Source: a virus. From it: a stretch of 64,000 nucleotides of DNA. Location of the stretch: the IMG/VR virus record IMGVR_UViG_3300045988_163643, positions 1 through 64,000 of that record. One strand, 5' to 3'. Made by a program: the position numbers and the translations under genes. The notes under the pieces are model-generated. The model worked only from the letters and a program-made list of their open reading frames with translations. It searched no databases and was not told the DNA's origin. Shown one piece after another: positions 17,453 to 28,024 of the stretch (position 1 is its first letter; each line of letters starts with the position of its first letter).

Positions 17453-19356
17453 TATGAAAAATATACTATTATCTTTATCAGCACAAATTATTTTAGTAGT
17501 TTTATTTGATTTTCTAAGTTCTTCTTCCATCTTATCTCTAAATTTATATTTACTATCATCACTATGATGTATAACAATTAAATTAGTATTAATACCTTTC
17601 ATCATTTTAATTATTTCTTCTCCTTGTATATGAGAAGACCATGTATTATATCTTATAACTTTAGCTTTCTTTTTAAATGACATATTTTCAATTTTAACTT
17701 CTTTAGTATTGTCTTTTAATAATAATCCTCCTACTGTCGTTGGAGCACAATAGCCAATTATCATTATAGTATAATTACTATCTTCTATATTTGCTTTTAA
17801 ATGATTTAATATTCTACCTATATTACACATACCAGCAGATGATATTACAATTTTTTGTTGTTCTTTATTAAGTGCTAAATTCATAGATGATTCAAAATCT
17901 TTTACAAAATGAAGTTTTTCCCATGATAATATTTTTTCAAACATATCTTTATCTTCTTTGTTTAATATTTGTTTATAAACATCATTGATTTCCAAAGAAA
18001 GTTTACCATCTAAGAATATAGGAGTTTTAAAATTTGGGTCATTAGAAAAAGTATTATATAAGTAATATAATAAATCTTGAGTTCTGGCTTGAGCAAAAGC
18101 CGGTATTAAAATTGAATGACCTTGTTTTAATTCATTGACTATATCGTCTTTCATTTTCTTTCTTTCTTTTTCGATATCTTTTGCATTAAATCCTCTTGAT
18201 AAATCTGAATAAGTTGCTTCTGTTATTACTAAATTAGCATTTGATATAGTTTTAGTTTTTTTACGGAATGGTTGTTGATTATTAAAACTACCTGTATCTC
18301 CACTATAATATATTTTTTTTGTAACTCCACTTGGCATTTTAAAGAATAATTCTATTGAAGTTGCTCCTACTATATGGTTATTTGGCAAAAGTCTAAAGCT
18401 AACATATTCGTTTAGTTCATGTATAACATCTTCTTCATAAGTAGAAGTCTTTGACAGCATTCTATATACATCGCTTTCAGTATAAAGAGGTTCTACTTTA
18501 TATCCTTGATTACTCATTTGTCTACAATTTCTTTGTAATATATAAGCACCATCTATCAATAAAGGTTCGGATAATTCTTTATTCTCATAACCCATAATAA
18601 ATTTATCTACATTATCTACTATAGCTGGTAGATTTCCTATATGGTCTAGTGATTTCAAAGATGTGAATGAGATACAAAACAAGCTTTTATTTGACCACAT
18701 TCACAAACTTTTTCAACCACCCCCTTATTAACTACATATTCTTCTCTTAAAGCACCATTCATTTGAACCATACCACATTCAATAAGAACTTTTTCATAGT
18801 CTCCTTCTTTTGTTGGATACGATAAAAGTATAGAAGTTCCAACAACTCCATTATGACTTTCTCCTACGAATTCAACTATTACTTTATTTTTATTTTTCTT
18901 ACTTATAATATATGGATTCTTTTTCTTTTTTTTCTTTTTCTTAATTACATTGAGATTTTCTTTTCTACAATCCAAAAAATCACCATTTATAAATTCTATT
19001 TTATTATCATTTCCTAATATGTAATTTTGTAAAGTTGTATTTTTGCCTAATACATCTCCAATGATACAAGAATGTTTTTTATTCCATCTTACATTTTTAC
19101 ATGTTTTTACATCATCTAAATCTATTAATACTCTTTCTTCAAGTTCTTCTTGAAATAAAGCATCATATAATACAATTTCAGCATAATCTTTATGTATTAT
19201 TATTTCATTATTGTCAAATTCTGTTACAGGACTATCTGATATACAAAAACCATATTTCCTATATTCATCCCAATGTTTTTTACAAAGTCCATTTTTATTT
19301 TTTTTGCTTAATAATTTTCCACATTGGCTACAGTATTTTTTATTATCTTTATCCAT
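17450..19356 (-). CDS. metallo-beta-lactamase/beta-CASP nuclease with N-terminal Zn-ribbon + degenerate HNH-like module. Split into ORFs 18655-19356 and 17450-18700 inside the HxHxDH motif
   Basis: The upstream ORF ends ...CFVSHSHL*. The other frame continues LDHIGNLPA. Downstream: ITEATYSD and IVIHHSDD. Confidence 0.7.
18647..18660 (-). other. candidate translational bypass: take-off CUU (18658-18660), stop UGA, landing CUA (18647-18649)
   Basis: Skipping 11 nt gives a perfect HSHLDHIG. Confidence 0.35.
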
Positions 19357-19509
19357 TTATTTCCCTCCATCCATACCCTAATACAAATATTTTTACATTT
19401 TTAATAATAATGTTTTATGGTTAATAATAAATCTATTCTTCATATTCAACACCTCTTTACCTTCATATATTAAATAAGTCAAATTCTTTATAATTATCTA
19501 TTTACTTAT

Positions 19510-19538
19510 ATTATACTATCAGTCTTATTAAAAGTCAA
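19510..19538 (-). promoter_or_regulatory. consensus promoter cassette
   Basis: -35 TTGACT, 17 nt, -10 TATAAT. Confidence 0.65.
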
Positions 19539-19560
19539 GGAGTGAATTTCACTTCACTCC
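19539..19560 (-). terminator. hairpin abutting the -35 element
   Basis: GGAGTGAA/TTCACTCC stem. Confidence 0.5.
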
Positions 19561-19584
19561 TAATAAAACTAAAATTTTATTCAA

Positions 19585-19785
19585 TTACTCTTTTGCAAAC
19601 TCACCTAATTTTTTACCACACATGGGACAATAATTTAATTTTATCCCATATATACTTTCTTTTTTTCCTCCAACTCTATTTTCTTCTAAATAGTTGCAAC
19701 TATTAATTTTTATTGCATAATCACTATTATTTTTATACATTAATGGTTCTTTATCTATATAACTACCTTCGCAATATTTACACAT
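19585..19785 (-). CDS. small Zn-ribbon protein
   Basis: CKYC...CPMCG pairs; 66 aa; own promoter and terminator. Confidence 0.6.
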   Translation of the reverse strand: MCKYCEGSYIDKEPLMYKNNSDYAIKINSCNYLEENRVGGKKESIYGIKLNYCPMCGKKLGEFAKE

Positions 19786-19844
19786 ATTAATCCCTCCTAT
19801 AAGATTAATATAATAATTAAAAATATTATTATCTATTTACTTAT

Positions 19845-19873
19845 ATTATACTACTACTCTTATTAAAAGTCAA
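19845..19873 (-). promoter_or_regulatory. consensus promoter cassette
   Basis: -35 TTGACT, 17 nt, -10 TATAAT. Confidence 0.65.
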
Positions 19874-19883
19874 GGAGTAGAAA

Positions 19884-20282
19884 TTAATCTACTCCTAATT
19901 CTGTAATGTTTGTATTAAAATTTTCATTTAAATATTCACGCAAAATATGTCTATGGCAAAAATCAGTAGACTTTTCATAACACAATAATACAATTTCCGT
20001 ATCTGTAATTCCTTCATAATCATACATATCTTCGAGTATCTGTTCTAAATCTAATTCTTTTAATTTATCAATATACGCATTTATGAAATCTTCTTGTGAC
20101 ATATTATTATTTTTTAGTTTAAAAACATTATTACTAGATGGTGCTAATGGTTTATACTCCATATAGTATTCTTCCCTATCTAAGAACCATTTAGGTAAAC
20201 TGGTTGAAATTAATATCGGCATATATCTATCTTTTTCTTCTTTTGGTAACCTAGAAAAACGTGCATAATAACTTGTTTTCAT
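19884..20282 (-). CDS. DUF488-family protein
   Basis: MKTSYYA start and LLCYEKSTDFCHRHIL signature; start moved to the Met that follows AAGGAG. Confidence 0.6.
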   Translation of the reverse strand: MKTSYYARFSRLPKEEKDRYMPILISTSLPKWFLDREEYYMEYKPLAPSSNNVFKLKNNNMSQEDFINAYIDKLKELDLEQILEDMYDYEGITDTEIVLLCYEKSTDFCHRHILREYLNENFNTNITELGVD

Positions 20283-20297
20283 CACAATCACTCCTTT

Positions 20298-23200
20298 TTA
20301 TTTATTTGCTTTTCTATATTCATATTCTTCTCTATTTAGTTCTTCTATTTCTTCTTCATTAAGTAAATGGTATTCATCACACCATATTTCAAACTCTCCA
20401 TTTTGTACCCATTTTGTTTTAATTATTGTATTTCCATCTTTATCTATTGTTTCAACTTCTTTTTTTTCTTTTTTTGCTTTTTGGAACATATGATATACAT
20501 TAATTACACTAAATGCTTTAAACGGTTGTGCTTCATAAATTCCTTCACCAACTTTTATTTCTATAGTTTTTCCAGTACTTATATTAAAAATCCATGCTTT
20601 TTTATTTTTAAATTTAGTTATAACATCAATAACGATACAAGTTGATGAATCATAATCTTCAAAATAATAGTTGCATTCTCCTGTCATTTCAAGATTAATT
20701 TTAACTTTGTCTATTGATGACATTTCATTATCTTCTATATTCAACATTAATTCATTACATAATTCTAATGCTTTTTCTACTTTATATTGTTTATATTTAT
20801 CTTCTTTACTCTTTTCAGTTGCATATTTTTCTATTATTTCTTTAGGATATGGTAAATCAGCTTTATTAAATGACACTTCACCTTTCTTAGATTTTAATTT
20901 TTTACTCATTATTTTTTCATATAAATCTATAATATCTAATAGTTTTTGAGATTTACCAAATTCATCGAAGAAATCTATTGCTATCAATATATTAAGTTGT
21001 CTTGAATTTATAGATGTTTTATCATTTAAATCAATAAGTAAATCCATAAAACTATTATATTTATTATCTTTTAACATATATAATTCTTGTGATACTTGTT
21101 CGTTCATATATTTTATACTAGCCATACCTTTATATATAGAATTGCTTTCTTTATCCATAAAATATTCAGCTTTAGAATATCTAAATTTAGGAGGTAATAA
21201 TTTTATATCAAAATAACTTAATTCTTTTATTAGTCTATTTGTTCTAGTTGAATCATCGGAATAAATAGATAGAGCAACTGTATAATATTCAAGAGGATAA
21301 TGCGATTTTAAAAATGCTCCATACAGACTATCATAGGCATAAGAAAGTGAATGTGAAGCATTGAATGAATATTTTGAAGCATCATTAACTACTTGCCATG
21401 TTTCTTCAAATCCATCAATTGAACCAACTTTATCTATCCAACCTTTTTTTAATTTTTTTTCTAACTCTATTAATTCTTTTTCTTTAAATTTTTTCTTTGA
21501 TATTTTTTTTATAATTCCATATGTTTCAGGTTCAGGAATACCTAACCATATTAAATATTTCATAATAGATTCTTGATACATTAAATAATGATAACTATCT
21601 TCTAATAAATTATCCAATTCTTTTACACCTGTTGTATATGGTTTTCTTTCTATAAAATTATCTAATAAAGAAGCAAATCCTGGTCTAATTGAAGCAACAA
21701 ATGCACTCATTTCGGCTACACTAGAAACTTTATATCTTGATGCTAAATTGGTTGCAAAATCTGAATCAGATTGATTTATTGTACAAGTTATTTTATCTTC
21801 ATATATTTTAAATGTTTTTTCATCTAACATTTTTTCTAATTCTTTAATAGTCGGTATTTTAATATTAGCTAATTCACAAGTTTTTCTTATTAATGTCCAA
21901 ACTGTAACCGCAAGATACGTTAATACCGTTCCTTTCGGAATACTTTAACACCCATTTAAGGGTCGGACTAGACTATACCTTTATCTTCGACATTACTCGT
22001 TAAGATATGCCTATTATAGTCGTTGAAGGTTAATATGTTTATTATTTAATTATTTCATTTATAAAAATTTTATATTTTCTATCCAAATAAATATTTGCAT
22101 CTTTATATAATATATAATAAATTTCTTTTATTTTATTAAAATTTCTAGTTACACAAGTATAAGTATAATCTCCTTCTTTTTTTATTTTTGTATTAAATTT
22201 TAAATAATTTTGTATAAAAATACAAGTTTCTTTTGTACCAGTATAACCAAAATGATATTGAGGATTTTTTAAATAATTATAATGATATACTTTTATACTA
22301 CCATCACCATCGAACATACCTCTCACAAAATGATTTAATAATTCTTTAGGTATAAAAGATAAAACTCTATTAATATCAATTTCATAACTTTTTCTATTTG
22401 TAAAACCAATATTTCTTAAATCATCACAAAGTTGTTTACAACCTATACTTATACTTGGATTTCCATCTTTATTATATTTTATAGGATGAGTACTTTTAAG
22501 GGATTTTTTAAATTTTTCTATTTCATCTAAATCTTTCATACATAACATTACTTTATTTCTTTTAGATATATGTCCATCGGCTAATAATAAACCTAACCAA
22601 TATGCTTTTTCTTCTGTATCAATTGTTGAGAAATAATTTTCATCTACTTCATAAATACCATTATATCTTTTTCTTAATTTTATATCCCATCTTTTAAATT
22701 GTCTTTGTATTGTTGACCCATCACAATTATAAATTTTTCCTATTTGGATAGTACTTAATTTTTCTTTAAAATATAAATTTAATATATTATCTTTTTCTTT
22801 ATCCCAAAATTCAAATCCACCATTACTCTTATGCAATATTTCATCTCCATTTATTTTATTTAATAAACATATTATTTCCCTGCTGATTATCCATTCATTC
22901 ACCCTTAGCACCCTTACAAGGCTTTTATTTCAGCTTAGGTAATCCTTATAATTTTTTCTGCTTTCGCAACCATCAAGCTTAATGTTACCATTTACTTTGT
23001 GGTTTATAAGGCTTTAGGAACTCCCAGCAATTTAAGGCATCATAATCTACATAATTTCTTATATAGACGACTATTAAATTAATCATTCTTTAGATATTTA
23101 TAAACATCACAATTATAGCCATCTAAATTACAACATATTCCTTCTTTAGTTTTTATTAAACCAATTTCTTCTGAAACATTTTTATCATATAGTAACATTG

Positions 23201-26054
23201 AACAAGGTGATTCTGATATACTTTCTACTACTCCTTTAAATACTTTTGAATCTTTTATTATTTTTCCCCAATATTCATCATTTTCATATTGTTCTAAATT
23301 TTTAGCTATTTCATCATATTTACTAACATGCATATCATTTGCCTTACACCATAGTCTAAAAGCAGATGAATCTTGTAAAGGTTTATATGATAAAATCCAA
23401 GCACAATTTTCTTCGCCTAATAAATCTTTAGTTGCTTGTATAAATACTGAACGGTCTTCTGTATTTAAATCTACATCAGGCAATGAACGTGTACCTAATA
23501 TACGTTCTATACTCATAAATCTAGTTGGATACAATGGAACTGGTGCAGATAACCTATCTATTTCTGTTAAACCTAATAATTTATTTATAATAAAACTTAC
23601 AGCCGAATTATGAACTATCATATTATTAAGTAAATAACTATGCTCATTTTCAACTTCTATATCATATACTGTGGTTTTTTGTTTAGGTAATATAATGATT
23701 TCCTTAATAGGAAGATAATAGTAATTATTATCCTCGAAAGTTCTTTCATTTTTTTTCTGTGAATAATTAGAATTTTTATTTAATCTTAATTTATAAGATT
23801 CTTTACATAAATACCCTTCTTTCATTTTATGTTCTTTTCTTACGCTTAAACTATTTACTCCTTCATCCGTCATTAAACATAATAATTTATATGCGTTTAT
23901 TAAAGATTTTGAAGTATTATCGAAATTGATTCTATATTCACAAAAGCTTCCATCTGATAATCTTAATCCTTTTACTATACCTAATAAATTTTCTTTTGAT
24001 TGATTAAACCATTTTTCATTAAATATTTTATCTTTTCCTTTTTTAGATTCAAATAATTCCTGTTTAACAAAATTACAAAATACTGTAGAATTAATATATA
24101 ATTGACTTAATTTTTTAGTTTTACTTACATTTTCATATATAGATTTATTTAATTTAGATGCTATATTATAAAATATTTCTCTATTATATTTATCTTTTTC
24201 AGTAGTATTGTTTATGGCTAATCCAACACTAGTTTTTTTAGAAGTAAATCCGTCGCCATACATCAATCCTATAAATATATTAAATTCTTTATCTATTTCA
24301 ATATATCTTTCTAATTTTGAAAATTGTTTAGATTTAACATATTTAGAATATTCTTCTTGGGTATTAAAAGGTATATAATCCATTAAAGCTTTATATTTAT
24401 CTTTTTTCCTATTAAAACAATTTTTTTTCATATTTGCAAAATTTTCTACTAATGACTTACCAACACCTATTTTTCTTGCAACATCACTAGGAGAATATTT
24501 ATAAATAGTATTAGTTTTTTCATATATATATTTATCATCAAAATCAAATCCGTTGATATTATAATCATTTAAATCAATTATCTTATTTAAACTATCCGTA
24601 ACATTTATTTTAGGTACACATACATAATCTGTTTTCACTATATCTTTTGCTTGTATCCATTTTAATGTATTATTTCTGTTTATAAGTATTTTATGGTCTA
24701 AAGTACATACAGTTGGATAATATTTATCAGTACCATAGATATGTTTAATTTGAACTAATTCTTCTTCTATATCATATTTTGCAGTGTTAATTACCTTATT
24801 AAAATTTCCACTTTCTGTAATTACATAATCACCTATTTTAACATCCTTTATAGATTTTAAAGAATTTTTTGTATGAACTAAAGCATCTTCAGTAAAACAT
24901 CCTCTTCCAGTCTTGGTTAATAAACCATTATATTTATTTATTGCTCTTTGACATATTTTATAATCTAATATAAAATAATCTTCCATATGTGTTTTTTCGA
25001 TTATATTAAATTCATATTTTATAGCATCTAAATACTCATGCCATTTTTCTTTAGGTATCGTATCTCTTATTTCCACCCATCTTTTATTAATTATATCTTT
25101 TAATTCTTTATTTGGATTATCAGATATTGATGGCATTTTAATTTCTTTATCCAATATAATATTTTCACATTCGTCAAAAATTAAAGTATTATTAATTGCG
25201 ACTTTTATTTGTTCTTCACTTAATACATTTTGTTTATTATATCTTTCTATTATAGTTTCTACATTAGGATAATCTAATATAAAATTTGTTTCTTCTTTAT
25301 ATATAATACCTTTTGCTTTAAGAAATAATTCTCTATAAATATAATCTTGTGGATTAATATAATGAGAATCATTACCATGAATGATATTAATATTATATTT
25401 TTCACTTAAACATATAATTTTTCTATTAAGATTTTTCTGTATATCTTCATTATGGTTTTGAACTTCTAAATAAAAATTATCACCAAAATATTCTTTCATT
25501 TTTATAATCCAATCATCTAAGCCTTCATCATTTCTTAAACGACCAGCAACACAAGCAGTTGTTACGATTACATTGTTTGGATTAACACTAAATAATAATT
25601 CATCATCTATTCTATTTTTATAATATACTCCATCTATATTGCTATAGGATAATATTCTATTTAAATCTCTATATCCATCTTTGTTTTTTGCTATTATAAC
25701 TAAGTGATAATTAGAATTATCTTTTTCTTTTCTATCTTTAACATAATATACTTCTGCACCAACTACCATTTTAATACCTTTGTATGATTTATCACAAACA
25801 TCTTTATATTGACATTTTTCACAATTATGTTTAGTATATTCATTATTTTCTTGAGTAAGTTTCACACATACTTCACTACATAGAGTATGTGCTTCATATA
25901 CGTTACCTTGATAACCATGTTCAGTAGTAAAATATATTGCATCTTTACCATCTAATTCAATTGCTCTAACTATATATTCTATTGGTTTAGCGACTACATC
26001 TAAACTTTTAATATTGCTATATATTTTATGTGAATGATAATTATTACATCTCAT
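20298..26054 (-). CDS. dnaE: DNA polymerase III alpha (DnaE-type). Exons 26054-23082 and 21926-20298; exon 1 carries an intein
   Basis: PHP motif YHSHKIYS..D; TGRG|intein|SAVSFIINKLLGLTEID; exon join ...YKYLKND|VLTYLAVTVW... matches the spacing of K.DfLGL..LTvi. About 1102 aa after removing the intein. Confidence 0.8.
21927..23081 (-). mobile_element. group I intron in dnaE carrying a LAGLIDADG endonuclease
   Basis: The 5' exon ends in U (GAU) and the intron ends in G. GC-richer non-coding flanks at 22912-23081 and 21927-22041. Confidence 0.6.
22042..22911 (-). CDS. LAGLIDADG homing endonuclease (intron-encoded)
   Basis: YWLGLLLADGHI and FVRGMFDGDGSI motifs; N-terminal HTH-like segment. Confidence 0.85.
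   Translation of the reverse strand: MLRVNEWIISREIICLLNKINGDEILHKSNGGFEFWDKEKDNILNLYFKEKLSTIQIGKIYNCDGSTIQRQFKRWDIKLRKRYNGIYEVDENYFSTIDTEEKAYWLGLLLADGHISKRNKVMLCMKDLDEIEKFKKSLKSTHPIKYNKDGNPSISIGCKQLCDDLRNIGFTNRKSYEIDINRVLSFIPKELLNHFVRGMFDGDGSIKVYHYNYLKNPQYHFGYTGTKETCIFIQNYLKFNTKIKKEGDYTYTCVTRNFNKIKEIYYILYKDANIYLDRKYKIFINEIIK
23607..24899 (-). mobile_element. intein (431 aa) with LAGLIDADG endonuclease domain, inserted in the GRGS motif of DnaE
   Basis: Starts CFTEDALV, block B TLDHKIL, ends IVHN followed by Ser; internal IGLMYGDGF and VKGLRLSDGSF. Confidence 0.85.
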
Positions 26055-26084
26055 ATATATTCTCCCTTCTTTCCTTTATTTATA

Positions 26085-26112
26085 TTATACTATATTTTTT
26101 ATTAAAAGTAAA
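26085..26112 (-). promoter_or_regulatory. consensus promoter cassette
   Basis: -35 TTTACT, 16 nt, -10 TATAAT; precedes dnaE. Confidence 0.6.
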
Positions 26113-26113
26113 T

Positions 26114-26140
26114 AAGGATAGAGATAAATTCTCTATCCTT
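26114..26140 (-). terminator. intrinsic terminator hairpin
   Basis: AAGGATAGAG/CTCTATCCTT stem. Confidence 0.6.
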
Positions 26141-26146
26141 AACAAA

Positions 26147-26605
26147 TTAATATATTAATATAATCTTATCTAAATCTCTTCCATTATTATGAACTGTCAA
26201 TGGTAATAAATAACTTGTTATTATGTCACCAGTAACTTTAATATCATCATCACCTATACAGTCAATGAAAATTTGGTCAACTCGTATACCTCTAACTGAT
26301 TCTATATTACAATCACTTTTTATCATTATTAAGATTTTTTCATTATTACCTATTAAACAATCTATAATTATTTCATCAGTTTCTTTTCTTATATTCATAA
26401 TGTCCATGCAATCCATGTATGTAACTATTGTCTTATGAATTGTGCTATAAGTTTTTTCTATATCCGATGTTATAAATAACAATGTCCCATAATTTTTTTC
26501 TCTAAATACCCAATAATCATCTAATAGTTTTTCAAAGGTTCTAACTCTTCTGCTTTTTCTAATGTGCAATACACTATCACAATATTGAAATAATTCTTTT
26601 TTCAT
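26147..26605 (-). CDS. hypothetical protein
   Basis: 152-aa ORF with RBS. Confidence 0.55.
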   Translation of the reverse strand: MKKELFQYCDSVLHIRKSRRVRTFEKLLDDYWVFREKNYGTLLFITSDIEKTYSTIHKTIVTYMDCMDIMNIRKETDEIIIDCLIGNNEKILIMIKSDCNIESVRGIRVDQIFIDCIGDDDIKVTGDIITSYLLPLTVHNNGRDLDKIILIY

Positions 26606-26623
26606 TTTTACATCTCCCCTCTT

Positions 26624-28024
26624 TTATATAAAATTTTCATAATACATCCATTGTAATTTGGTTCCATCTTCTAATTCACCACATGATTTGCGTTTGCCAT
26701 TACAACAATCGCTTATATGGCTTTTAGCTTTTATATTATAAAATTCTGCTCCTTCTTTGATTGTTTCAAATATTTTACCAGTTGTTATACATATAATTTT
26801 TCTAGAATAACGTATCAATCCTTTTGTTTTATCCATACCATTTTTTTTACTTTCTTCCACTGTGTAATCACATCTTTTACATTCTACACCACGTTTTAAA
26901 TATGTAGTTACTGTACTTTGACATATATTTAATATATTACCTATCTCTTTTGTATCATGTAATCCATTGTTCCATAACTTCCATGCTTCAATACATTTTG
27001 ATTTTTGGCTTTCTTCCCATATTAAATTCCAATTAATATTATTTAAATTAAATAAATTGGATAACTCTGAATTTAATACTTGATTTTTTATATAATTAAA
27101 TTTATCATGAGTATAAATATAACTATCTATTAATTTTATTCTTATAGTTTTATATCCTCCATATTTCATATTAAGAAAATCTCTCCAATAATCATATTCT
27201 ATTAAATGTCTATCTTTAAAACATCCATCCATTTCGATTATAATATTATAATCTTTTAAAAAGAAATCAACATGTTGATTGTTTTTAAAATAATATGGTG
27301 AATATTCAGATTTAAATTTAACATTAAGTTGATTTAATAAACTATACATAAACTTATTAGGTATAGAAATACCATCTCCACATTTTTCACATGAGTAATA
27401 TCCTCTTGATACTATTGAATTTAGAATTAATTTTTTATTAGATATTATTTCACATTTATAACATTCAAAATAAAATCTTTTTTTACTATGACAAGCTATA
27501 TTATAGCAATCTTCAAAGGTTAAATCATTCTCAGGTATAGAAATCATTTTAGCAATTTTAGGATATTTATATGCTAAACTATCTTTATAATGAATTTTAT
27601 TATGCCCACAATAACTACACCTTTGATTGTTGTAAAAACTACCACATTGAATTTTATATCCAATTTTATTACCTTCTCTATCATAATTGTGATATTCTTT
27701 TTCTTGACAATATAACCAAACTTTTTTATCACTACATCTAGTTATTTTATAAGGATTAATATCTAACTCATTATTCTTTTCCCAATTCCATATGTCATTT
27801 AAATTTAATCCTAATTCAACTTCTATATGATAAGCAAAAGAATCCTCATATCTAAAAGGGTGTTTTATGTTTCCTATTTTAAAATTATAATATGTTTTAT
27901 TATATGAGACAGCTCCATCTTCAAACTGAACATCTATATCATCATAACATCTATAAGCTATAATCGTCATTTTTTCATTTTTTTTATTATAGACTATTTC
28001 TCCTATTTTATTATTAGTATTCAT
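26624..28024 (-). CDS. free-standing homing-endonuclease-like protein (intact paralog): Zn ribbons, PD-(D/E)XK/Vsr-like core, C-terminal NUMOD-like DNA-binding module
   Basis: CSYCG, CYKCE, CEKCGDGISIPNKFM, DFFLKDYNIIIEMDG; tail IICITTGKIFETIKEGAEFYN...CCNGKRKSCG. Confidence 0.65.
   Translation of the reverse strand: MNTNNKIGEIVYNKKNEKMTIIAYRCYDDIDVQFEDGAVSYNKTYYNFKIGNIKHPFRYEDSFAYHIEVELGLNLNDIWNWEKNNELDINPYKITRCSDKKVWLYCQEKEYHNYDREGNKIGYKIQCGSFYNNQRCSYCGHNKIHYKDSLAYKYPKIAKMISIPENDLTFEDCYNIACHSKKRFYFECYKCEIISNKKLILNSIVSRGYYSCEKCGDGISIPNKFMYSLLNQLNVKFKSEYSPYYFKNNQHVDFFLKDYNIIIEMDGCFKDRHLIEYDYWRDFLNMKYGGYKTIRIKLIDSYIYTHDKFNYIKNQVLNSELSNLFNLNNINWNLIWEESQKSKCIEAWKLWNNGLHDTKEIGNILNICQSTVTTYLKRGVECKRCDYTVEESKKNGMDKTKGLIRYSRKIICITTGKIFETIKEGAEFYNIKAKSHISDCCNGKRKSCGELEDGTKLQWMYYENFI

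Noticed and set aside
18890-18950. T/A-rich run encoding KKKKKKKK in the MBL-nuclease N-terminal ORF, considered as a slippery frameshift site
   Set aside because: The run is interrupted by C/G (not a long homopolymer). The reading frame stays open through it and the sequence on both sides is in the same frame.
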